DNA of 63,774 nt, filler included, from Reticulomyxa filosa (taxonomy: Eukaryota > Protista > Foraminifera): the NCBI GenBank assembly GCA_000512085.1. It is 20 parts of 20 records of this genome, joined end to end, with 100 filler letters (N's around TTAATTAATTAA, not from the genome) between each part and the next. Parts side by side here need not be neighbours in the genome. Positions count along the whole stretch, not along the records: positions 51,972 to 53,301 come from ASPP01040730.1; positions 53,402 to 54,843 come from ASPP01034692.1; positions 54,944 to 56,302 come from ASPP01027136.1; positions 56,403 to 62,674 come from ASPP01050598.1; positions 62,775 to 63,774 come from ASPP01047103.1; 15 more parts are not named here. One strand, given 5' to 3'. The position numbers and the translations under genes are program-made. Positions 53,181 through 63,774 of the stretch are shown piece after piece; positions within the stretch are counted from its first letter, which is position 1, and each line of letters begins with the position of its first letter. The notes under the pieces are model-generated. The model was given only the letters and a program-made list of their open reading frames with translations, did not search any database and was not told the origin of the DNA.

Positions 53181-54691
53181 AAGATACTCAAGTATCTTTC
53201 AAGTTTTGAAGTTTATTTTGAAAATAGGTATTTGAGATTTTGGAAGATATTTTATTTAAAAGTTATTTTATTTGGGAATTTTTTTTGGATAAATTAATTT
53301 GNNNNNNNNNNNNNNNNNNNNNNNNNNNNNNNNNNNNNNNNNNNNTTAATTAATTAANNNNNNNNNNNNNNNNNNNNNNNNNNNNNNNNNNNNNNNNNNN
53401 NTTTTTTTTTTTTTTTTTTTAAATCAAATGAGCATGTGATTTTCAATAGGCATGCCCCCATCGAAAAAAAAATTATTTGTCCCCCCCCCCTAACTATTAC
53501 AAAAGGAAAAAAAAATAGAATATTGGAACTTGAGCGTTTAGCTCAACAACAATGTATGTTTTTGTTTTTTTTTTTAAATAAAAAATTTTTCAATTTGTGG
53601 TTGTATTTATAGGGTTCAAGAGTCAAAGAAAAGATTGGAGTGTTTGTTTATTCTTTATTTTTTTTGTTTTTTATTTATATTTTTTATTTCTATTCAATGA
53701 GAGGGATATGGGATATTTGGGGAAAAAAAATGTTGGAAAAAAGTGAAGGAGAAAATGGGAAAATTGAAAAAAGTTGGGGAAAAAAATGGATGGAAAAAAA
53801 ATAAATGGAAAAAAAGTTGTTGAAAAAAAAAGGGGGGGAAATCTTTGAGTAAAATTTTTTTTAAGAAAAATAATAAATGAAGAAAAAGAATAAATGAAGA
53901 AAAAAGAATAAATGAAGAAAAATGATAAATGAAGAAAAAAATAAAAAAAAATGTTGAAAAATTTAAAATAAAAAAATATGACAGTGAGAAAAAAAAGAAA
54001 AAAAAAAAAAGGAAAAAATCAAAAGAAAAAAAAAAAAAAACTTTGAGCGACAAGTCTACGCTTATCGATTGTTCCACGTTCCATTGAACAATCGTGTACG
54101 TGTGCGTGTTCGCAACGTTGAGTTTTTGGTCGTGATCGTGTAGAAACGACGTCAACATTGGAGTCTCAACTGTGGCAACGATTGGATGGTGAAAGTAGGC
54201 AAAGTGAAAACGATGCCGATAGCGGCAGCGACTGGACCGACGAGGGAGTGGAAACGAGAAAGAAAAGGACGTGAGCGTTGTGAGAAAATAAGAGACGTTG
54301 CGATCGAGCAAACCACTACATTGGGTGAACCATCTTATATAAGAGTGGTTGTTTGGAATTCACAAGACACCGGCAAGCAAGTAGAAAAAGAGGAGGATGC
54401 AAAGAATGAAAAGAATGACAGGTCTGTATCGTGTTAATTTGGTTAAAAAAAAAAAAAAATCAGTAGGCCGGCTTTATCGAAATTAGTTAAGACTTGATCT
54501 TTAAGTCTGGAAACGAGCAAAGTCGCCACTCGCGAGCGTCGATTAACTTCCAATAACGCGCCCAATATGGCAATATCTGGCAGTGGTAGCCCGACGTATT
54601 TGAAAAAACTTGTTTGGCATCAACGTATGCAAACACAAGTCTCTGGCGATGTGCCACACCACTAATTATCCGCAAAGATGATCTCCAACTG

Positions 54692-54747
54692 CCATCTACC
54701 AACTCCCATCTACCAACTCCCATCTACCAACTCCCATCTACCAACTC
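54692..54747. repeat. Four perfect copies of the 14-bp unit CCATCTACCAACTC
   Basis: Directly visible tandem array. Confidence 0.95.
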
Positions 54748-55249
54748 CAACGAGCAATGGAATCTCTACGTTTCGATTGTTGTCCTGCATTTATAAAATT
54801 AGCGCCATTTCCATATCGATCAAGTTTGTCTCTAATCACAAGGNNNNNNNNNNNNNNNNNNNNNNNNNNNNNNNNNNNNNNNNNNNNTTAATTAATTAAN
54901 NNNNNNNNNNNNNNNNNNNNNNNNNNNNNNNNNNNNNNNNNNNTAAATTGATTATAATTGCTTAAATGTTCATTATTTTTGATAAAATATATGTTTAAAC
55001 ATTTTTTTAGCTGTAATCAGCAATTTAAAAATGTAAGTCAAAACTGAATGAGATTTTATTTTTTAATTAAAAAAAAATTTGAATTTTATAAGTATTTATA
55101 AACCGTGCGTGAGAGGGAGCATCTCGGGTTCAATTGGAAAAAAATTGACTTCCAAAAGATCACTTGCAAAGAGGCTCAGTATTATCATTAAGTCTATTAG
55201 ATTTTACTGCAGCATATACAGCCAAGCATTTCTTAAGTATTAGCGATCT

Positions 55250-56223
55250 TTCACATGCGTCAGTACCAGGGATGGTGCAAGTTAGTGCCAAGTGTGGACG
55301 AAGCAAATGGTTTTTTGGAATTTGCGATAACCGTAGCAATGTTATTAGGCATCAATGTGTTTGGTATGTCGTACTATTGGTTATATGTAGCGATTCTGTC
55401 AATGGAGATATGTGACACGTGGAAATGACAGTGAGATCAGTGCTCGCAAGCGACAGCAAAAATGGCAATGAAAATGTAAACATGTGGAGGAATCAAGGAA
55501 CAAAGATAGCGGAAATCGAATGTTAAATAAAATGGCAAATGGTCATTATCATGTTATATAAGACGAATGACCGGTCTGTGATTGACAAGTAGCACGTCTA
55601 ATATTGTTTGTATGTCCTGTTTGATGTGTTTGACATTGTATGCGCTTGGCCTTGGTGTTGTGACTGTGCACACAAATACAAATCCAAAGGCCAAGTCAAA
55701 GACAAATATGAAAAAGAACACGAGTATGTGTGTGTGTGTGTGGCAATGGGAAACGGATACGACCCACGTTACAAAGTCGGCAAAGTGGTACTTATCTACC
55801 TATCGACAACGCAACGTATAAAAAATAGCAATAGCAACGCACGAACGACTACATCATCATCATCATCATCATTAATAGATCAAGACACGCAGATTTGCCA
55901 CCCACAACTGGAAGAAAATAATGTCGGCTATAAACTTTTTGCGTATCAATTTACTGCTGAGCGTATCCATGCTTGGTTTTGCACTATTTGATAAGTTGTC
56001 CCAACTCGTCATTGTCGTCTTCCTTCAAGAAAGTGCTGAAGCTATGTTTTGCAAATCCTTTCATGCTTTATTTGCACAACAAGATAATCATGTTGATGTA
56101 CAATTAACATTTGATTTTATTGATGTAAAAAGAAGATATCCAGTATCAATAAAATTAAAAGAAGCATTATCAATATTTACAAGAACATGTCAACATATTG
56201 AGAGATCAAGTAAGTTGCGGTGA
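55250..56223 (+). pseudogene. Disrupted coding-like region, family unknown
   Basis: Overlapping 80-127 aa ORFs in shifting frames. Confidence 0.3.
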
Positions 56224-56519
56224 AAATGTGACTGTAACTGTAACTGTAACTGTAAATATAACAATAATGCAAATACTATAATAATAATAATAATAATAAT
56301 AANNNNNNNNNNNNNNNNNNNNNNNNNNNNNNNNNNNNNNNNNNNNTTAATTAATTAANNNNNNNNNNNNNNNNNNNNNNNNNNNNNNNNNNNNNNNNNN
56401 NNTTTTTTTTTTTCTATGAGGGGTGGACTTCAACACCTTATTTTTTCTTCATATATAAGTGGATGTGAACTTTTCTTTTTTTTTGCGATCTGGTGACAGC
56501 TATTATTAAACAAATCACA

Positions 56520-58490
56520 ATTTAAAAAAAAAAGATTGCAAACCTTTTTGACTCCTTTCGGAGACAGTGCGACTACATTTAAGTGTTTTACACGTTTGCC
56601 ATTTGTCATTGCCCGAGTCATTCATCAATCTGTCGGGTCCACGACAACAAAGCCAAGTTTCATTGGATTTTGCCAAGTGTCCGCACCTTTGTTCGTGCTC
56701 AACCAATGGCAAATACAATTAGTATCAAAATTGTAGTAATATACAAATGATAGCGACCCTTTTGTGTGGTGTTTCAGTGTTTGCATTTCAATACAATTGA
56801 AAATACAACAACAAACAAAAAAAAAGATTTTATACAAACATTTGATTATTTGTTGCAACACTGGTCCTTGAAGCTAACCATACATTTCAAATCCTGACAT
56901 TGCCAATACTATTATCGTTATTATTATTATTATTATTTTAATACATATATGTTATACACGAACAATAACAATTCAAAAACATCAAACCAATCTCTTTAAA
57001 AAAAAGTTTCAAAAAGAGTTGATCAATAACAAAAACAAAAATTGAAAAAGTAAAAGTTAACATAATGTCGGCTGCAATTGAAATCCATCTGTTGAACTCG
57101 AAACATGGAATAATTTTCATCAAAGCTGACTGTCCACGTGTACGTACTTCCTTTCCAATTTAAATCGCAGTTGTTTGCATGACTTCGAATGCAAGAAAAA
57201 CTTTGTCCATTGTTGGATCCCTATTTTATATAATTCGAGTTTGTTTGTTTATACAATAAAGGAAAAAAAAAGTAGAAGTACCTCAAACTCCCACAAGCTG
57301 TAGTGTCGAATTGTGTAATGCATGGACGCGATTTTTCGAGTGGAAAAATCGAATAAAAACCAATAATTATTCTTTCGTTTGATAATACAATGCAACGTTT
57401 CGCGACCTAAGGCTGTTGATATTGGAGTCGAGACTATCATTCGCAAATCTTCAGTTATTGCTTTCTCATCATATCACAACAAAGCACAACATTAATTAAG
57501 TTTACAGATACTTATATCATTTAAACAAATCCTTTATTTTATAACACATAAGTATATCAAATGGTCTGTCATACCCGAATTTACCCAGTCTCGCGTTCCA
57601 AAGCTGCAAATAAGTTGCTCTAACGAATCCAGTTTTTATACATCACAAAAAAAAAACACACAATGCTTTGTATACGTACAGCTGTGTTTTAAAGAGTAAT
57701 CTCTTCTCAAAATTGGAATTACAAAATACTGCTCTCATGTAAATACAACTCCAATAATAGAATATTTAACTTATGTCTCTTCATATACCTTCATCTGCAA
57801 ACTCTTTACTACCCCCACTCGCAAGCCATTGGATGACTGCACCTGCTATTGTTCGTATTTCTCCAAAATATTCTTCTTTATGCAACAATTGCAAATCTCT
57901 CATGTTTTCGATCCAATTGCGTCTCACGATTATTGTACACATCTGCACGTCCACTACAGTGCCCAACGACTTTTTTGCTGTTTCCATCAATTGGTCCACA
58001 TTTGTATTATTTGAGAATTGACTACTCGGATTCTCTTGGATGCGAGATCTGGAAATGTCTTTCATTGGCTGCCTATGTCAGTTTTGTTTTTCAACGTTGT
58101 TATAGTTTTGTAACTTTTAATCACAAGCACATTGGAAAAAAAGTTTTTTTTCACTAAAAAGTTGTACTTACTGCTGATTTCTTTCTTGTTTGCAAAAAAA
58201 AGTATACAGCTGCAAGGTTGGACTGTGATAATATCACTCTCCCCAAATACAGGTTGGATAAGAAAAGACGACAAAAAGAAAAAGGAAAAAAAACCCCTTT
58301 TTTTTGTTTACTATAATTGTTTTTTGGAATAAGTATTTAACGGAATATTATTATTAAATCTTTTTTTTTCCTCAAAAAAAAGCTCTGGTTTGGCTATTCT
58401 CTCTTCAAACAACTTAAACAAGCCTAATTTACATAACATGGAACTCACTTTCAAAAAGATCCTTCTCCAATGTATTTCTCTGCAAAAGTG
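56520..58490 (-). pseudogene. BTB/BACK plus discoidin/SUN-like domain gene remnant
   Basis: AVIQW (BACK-like), YWFLFDF....HYTIRHY and FDTNCICHWLSTNKGADTWQNPMKLGFVVV resemble the HECTD1-type beta-sandwich; multiple stops. Confidence 0.45.
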
Positions 58491-59460
58491 CAAAAGAATA
58501 TAAGCACAAAACTAGATTTTTGTATACGTAGTGATCTTCTGTGAGATTGAGTTTAAACGTAGAGCTATTGATGATTGTATTTTTGTTTGTTTTTAATTCA
58601 TTAAAAATAAATCATTTATTTTTTGTGAACACATTCACTAAATTATTGTACTAACATTGTCTCAGTGCAGTTTAAATTAAATATCTTGAATCATTTTTCA
58701 CAAAGCTGTTGAATAATATATACCCTAATGAAATCTGATTCATCAGTTGCTATAAAAATGCGTAAAAGCAATCTGAATATCAGCTTTTTGAGATACATAA
58801 GATTGTTTCTGCAATGATATTCCATTAATATATATTTTTTCAATGTTTCTAAAAAGAATGATCAAGTCTATGAATAAACAAATGATAAGAAAATGAATGA
58901 AAGCACTTTACAATCTAAAAAAAAACTTAGTAATATATTATTAAACAGCTAAGTCAAGGATATCAGTGCAATCAAAAGAAAACATTTTTTTTGCTTTTGG
59001 ATTTTGCTTGTGCGTTAAAACAAGAGATTTAAAAAAAAAATTACCAATCTGCAGTTTTTGATTTTTGTGAACATTTACATCTGATTTATGGTCGCGATGA
59101 TCAAAGTCAGCAAAATGATCTTTTCATTTACGTGTAATATGTATGATAATAATAATAATAAAGAATTGAATGAAATAAAGCAGGAAATAGAACACGAAAA
59201 ATTAGCAAAAGAAAGATAGCTCTAAAACGCAGCGCAGACGAAACTCTTTTTTTATTATTTAAATTGAAACAAAAAGATGACACTAATTTAAATTGAAACA
59301 CTTGTATTAACATAAAAATTTTAACATTTAATCTGTTTCGTGATAAATATAATTTGCGATTGGAAATAATAATAACAATAATAAAGATTAATTTAATACG
59401 TTGATTGTGCATCCGATTTGATCATTTCGATAACTTGTTTAATTTTATCAGGAAAATATT

Positions 59461-61219
59461 TCATTTTTTGGATCTGACATTTTCAACAAAATCCAATAAA
59501 TCATTTTTTATGAAATTATCATTTTTTATTGCATTCATTGTGTTTTCATGTTTGAAAATATCAAATAAGCAATTAATGAAATCAGATGGAACATGAGGAG
59601 ATATGATGTAAATAATGCGCTGAATAAAATGACATAAAAGAGTGAGATCTAATTTTGCAATATGTTTGGAGGACATGATATCCAAAATAATTTTATATTC
59701 TCCATATTGTAAAATAAAAATTAGCATATCTAATAATTTTTGTAATATTTCCATTTCTGTCAAAGCTTTTAATCCTTTGGGAATTGAAATCATTTCATCC
59801 ATTAATTCTGCAACGTTACATCTCTTGTAAATCAAACCAACATACATATATATATGTGTGATATAAAATGATGTTAAAAATAAATCATACCAAAAAAGAA
59901 TATTTTTGAACAACACTTGCCAACAAGCTTAAAAACAAAGGTGTGAAATAGCTTTCATAAGTACTATTGAAATATCCATCTTTTTCAATGACACAATATC
60001 GAATCCAAATGATGATACCTTCACTAATCAAAGGCGACTTTCGATACTTTCAAAAAGTAAATTTTGTTTGTGAATGTGGTTGGACAATGACACATCATAA
60101 TTTTTATCGTGGCATATTTGCGTACTAATATTGGTTAAATCATTGATCAATTCGTTTCTTTGTTTTTTGATCGCGTTGGAAAGGATTATACCATTGTCAT
60201 GGCCGTTGTTGACATTGATCTTGGATTGACATAAGGCATAGGCTAACAAGTAGATATATTTGTGAAGGATCTGTTTAGAAAGTGCTTTGACAGGGGTTTG
60301 AAAATACCGTTATATAAATACTCAATCATTAGTGATTGTTGCAAAAAGTCGATGTTTATTTGAGTCTGCTCAACGTCAGCTGATTTTTCTTTCTCCTCCT
60401 CTCTATATTTGTCTTTGTCTATATCTCCATCTCCATTTCTATTTCCATTTCCATGTTCATCTTCTCCATTTTCTCTCATTTCACTCTCTTGACACAGATC
60501 ATAGATTTTGGACAAGTCTGCAACTGTGATGAAATCACTGCGATGTAATTGAATCGATGCGGTGCGAATCAACGAAGATGGCGATATTCCAACCGCCCAA
60601 GTCGACAGATCCGGAATTCGTGTCGAGTTATTCTTTGCATGATTGTCCAATTGAAATTCTAACTGTGACAATGCAAACCCAAACGCACTTTGATAATTAT
60701 TTCTGCGCCAATCACATAACAGCCGTCTATTTGCATTCACATCGCAGCATTATACATGTAAACAGATACATATGCACATATATATATATTTCCAAAAATA
60801 AATAAAAAACCTGGCTCGCAAATGGTACAATTCATTTTTGCAACAAAATTCACAAAAACGATTGACATGATCATGATAATCTTTTTCGTTATCACAACCA
60901 AAGATATCACTGACATGTTTTTGCAGCCGTTCTTTTATGTGGTATATATGCTATATATGTTATACATGTTATAAATGTTATGTATGTTATATATGTTATA
61001 TATGCATATATGTATGATGGCATGTCGTAAGATAGTGAGCAAAGTACTTTTTTTTATATAATACACTATCTGGTCTTGAAAGGCGGATCTCGAAATCTTC
61101 ATTGGTTAACAACGCTTGTGACTCTTGTAGTTCATCACTCATTTCAACATCAGAAGCATTATCTACTGCCATCCTCTCTAATTGAGCTGAATCAACACTT
61201 CATCATTTTCAATATCCAT
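59461..61219 (-). CDS. NELFCD: NELF-C/D (TH1) homologue, about 4 exons, three 1-nt frameshifts at short homopolymers
   Basis: Collinear TH1 motifs: ITVADLSKIY, IDFLQ...GIFKP, HKYIYLLAYA, PLISEGIIIWI, TPLFLSLL, EILQKLLDMLIFILQYG, LDLTLLCHFI...ISPHVPSDF. Confidence 0.8.
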
Positions 61220-61449
61220 GTCAATGTGTTTTGATTGGGAGTTATATTATGCTTTTTTTGTTTTAAGGACTCAATGAGGTAACTACTTTCTATTTGAAAA
61301 CTAGTACTTTCTTTTATTTCTCAGTGGATTGTATGTGGAAAAAAAGCAGTAAAGTAGTGTTTTAAACAAGGGGCAATCGAACAAAACTTTTCGGTCAGTA
61401 GAAGATTCTGTAGAGATCGTGAAGAAATAGAAAGCAAGTATTAGTGAGA

Positions 61450-61679
61450 ATGGCAGAATCAGGAACACTGTCAGAAATGAAAGAGGATTCCTCTTCCTCA
61501 AGATCAAAGCACTTGACGATAGATTCATTGAGTACTCCTTTGCAAAAAAAAAGCCGATACAACTCATTGATACACTTAGAGATCTGCAAAGTGTCTCTGA
61601 GGAACAAGAGTCATTGTTAGACAAAATGTTACAAGGCGATAACATACCTGATAATAATCCAATGTCGGACATCGAATGA
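61450..61679 (+). CDS. Small hypothetical acidic protein divergent from NELF-C/D; needs one frameshift in an A-run
   Basis: MAESGTLSEMKEDSSSS...; IQLIDTLRDLQSVSEEQESLLDKMLQGD...*. Confidence 0.3.
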
Positions 61680-63055
61680 ATCGGCAAGACAAAATATCAT
61701 CGCCACTTTTATTGACATTTTTGTGTAAGTATTTCGACAATGAGTTTAGCCACTTGCAAGCCTTTTGTTGTTCGCTTTATTACGATGTAAATGATATTGG
61801 CATGCACTCTATTAAATTCCCTTTAGATGATATGAAATTTGTACCGAGATTGAAAATTATCAAAAAAGATTACTTCGGTAACTCCAATCTTTTATGCATG
61901 AAATGGAGCAAGTTATATTTCAAAAGTGTTTGAAAAAGCATCCAGTAAATATTGCTTTATTATTCAATTTGAAAGAAGGGCCTAGCTATTTGGCACTAAT
62001 GATCTTGTGTGAAGATTTTGTTGTGCCACGAATTCAACCTTTTCTCCTTTAAATATCAATGTTTCTTTGGTCACAACAAAAAAAAACTTAGAAAAATTCG
62101 TTTACATATCATTCAATCCTTTGGTCCCAGTCTTTTTACTTGTTTATTCTTGCAAGTGTCAAGAGTTCAACAAAGTAACAACAAATTAACAATCACATTT
62201 CATACATTTAAGAAAAATCCTACCGTTTTATCATTTTTCATAAATTCATTAAAAAAAAACAAATTTAAAAAATTCAAGAGATTAAATTACAAAAAACCTT
62301 ATCCAATAGATAGTGATTTTTTAATCTTTCAGCTTTCTTCAGCTCAAAATAAAAAAAAAACAAACTACAAGCAACGAGATGAAACAAAAAAACAAGTGAA
62401 GAACTGTTTTTCTTTGATCAAATGACAGAAAAATCAATATTCTACAATTCCAAACAATTAATTATTTGCAATGTTCATCACGTATACAAAAGACCTAGTT
62501 TTGTGTTCATATTCTTTTGCACTCTTGCAGAGGAATACATTGAAGAAGGAGTTATTCCATATTGTGTAAAGTTGGCTTGTTAACTTGTTTGAAGAGAGAA
62601 GAGAGAAACTACATTTGCAAAAGCAGAACTTTTTTTGGAAAAAAAAGGACTTTCAGAGAAAAAAAAAAGATTTGNNNNNNNNNNNNNNNNNNNNNNNNNN
62701 NNNNNNNNNNNNNNNNNNTTAATTAATTAANNNNNNNNNNNNNNNNNNNNNNNNNNNNNNNNNNNNNNNNNNNNGTTCACTAACTGAAAAGCTCTTTATA
62801 GAATAACATTCCATATATGACAATTTGTTTACTCGTTTGTGTGTGTGAAATTTATATGTTAGTCATTTAAGTCAGACATTTTAATATCAAACGTCAATGT
62901 TTTTATGAAGAAATACTAACTTCGAATTGATTTATGCTTTCGATTGCTTTGATATTCTGAAAACAAAGATACAGTATCCAATTGTTGAGTGTTAGAATTG
63001 GGTAACAGTACACAAACTTCTTTTTAACATAAACATCAATCGTCTAACTTCATAC

Positions 63056-63774
63056 ATGGCCTTGCGCTATCGTTATCAACAATCACAGCTTTCTGAGCCC
63101 GATACACAAGTGGAATTAGCACTAATATCGTCTACCACTCAACATGACTCAGCTGATACGAAGTCACCATCAGGACAAAGTGTGAAGCCTCAAATGACAA
63201 AAGTGGGGGCGTTTTCAAATGGGAGTTCTGGATTTTTAACGTATGTCCGCCAAAAACCGATTAGCAATAGAATACGACCGTTGTTCCGTTGCATATGTAT
63301 GGGAGTAATTGTGGTAATAAGTGTAATGTTCACCCTCCATGCTTTGGCGGTCGTGTTTCTTCCGTCGTACGTGATGTCGATAACACGTGCGCGGCTGCAA
63401 AGAGAGTTGAAAAACGACGAAAATCGAAAGCAATACTACCTGGCATTGAGCGAGCAGTTCGACAAGCAAAACATGCCAGTGCTGATAGCAGGGGCAGGCT
63501 CGATGAAGTCGGGCACTACTTTTTTCCATAAAATGCTATTGCATGCCAACACATCGCAGTTTAATTGAGTTCCCAACACAAACGGGATCACATTATTTCA
63601 TCTGTTCGAATATTCATATATGTATATATGTGTATGTATGGACATTTATGTAACTTATTGTCAAAAAAAAAAAAAAAAAATGGAGGAAAGCGAAAAAATT
63701 CTACACGTAACGGGTCCATTAACCGAGCCGAAATGGTGGAGTGAATGCATTTTACGGGAGTCGAGCATAACGGC
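63056..63774 (+). CDS. Type II membrane (Golgi-type) sulfotransferase, 3'-truncated
   Basis: Single TM segment (ICMGVIVVISVMFTLHALAVVFL), then the PAPS-binding loop GAGSMKSGTT; downstream exon EPKWWS. Confidence 0.7.

Noticed and set aside
53694-54311. 205-aa Phe-rich ORF
   Set aside because: Antisense reading of low-complexity, probably low-quality A/G-rich sequence
54692-54747. 14-bp repeats as a CRISPR array or telomere
   Set aside because: No spacers, no cas genes, internal position, only four units
7807-62774. Recurrent TTAATTAATTAA flanked by N runs as a CRISPR-like or biological repeat
   Set aside because: Artificial six-frame-stop linker of fixed 100-nt length
1-63774. Operon-like or defence-island reading of gene order
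   Set aside because: Eukaryotic contigs concatenated arbitrarily; adjacency across linkers is not biological

Overview
This is not one continuous locus. It is 20 short AT-rich eukaryotic contigs joined by 19 artificial 100-nt linkers (N44-TTAATTAATTAA-N44), so neighbourhood across a linker means nothing. Genes are intron-rich and split across the ORF track; I rebuilt them by hand from GT-AG junctions. The expanded WD40, Kelch, RING-TRAF and HEAT families, the many pseudogenes and the TA-rich introns suggest a foraminiferan such as Reticulomyxa filosa (inference, not searched). Recognisable genes: seryl-tRNA synthetase, BCKDH E1-alpha (partial), ribosomal protein eL6, a Rac/Rho GTPase, PP4 catalytic subunit (partial), HIRA (C-terminal part), NDUFS4, a single-domain phosphoethanolamine N-methyltransferase, a NELF-C/D (TH1) homologue and a membrane sulfotransferase, plus decayed non-LTR retrotransposon pieces. 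Most notable: (1) a NELF-C/D pausing-factor homologue hidden by introns and frameshifts; (2) a conserved 33-aa module on its own phase-0 exon, reused in four Kelch/WD40-family genes; (3) introns with T-rich 5' halves and A-rich 3' ends instead of a polypyrimidine tract; (4) a foldback-like inverted-repeat family on both sides of the Rac gene. No rRNA, tRNA or CRISPR array was seen. All homology calls come from remembered motifs, not database searches.
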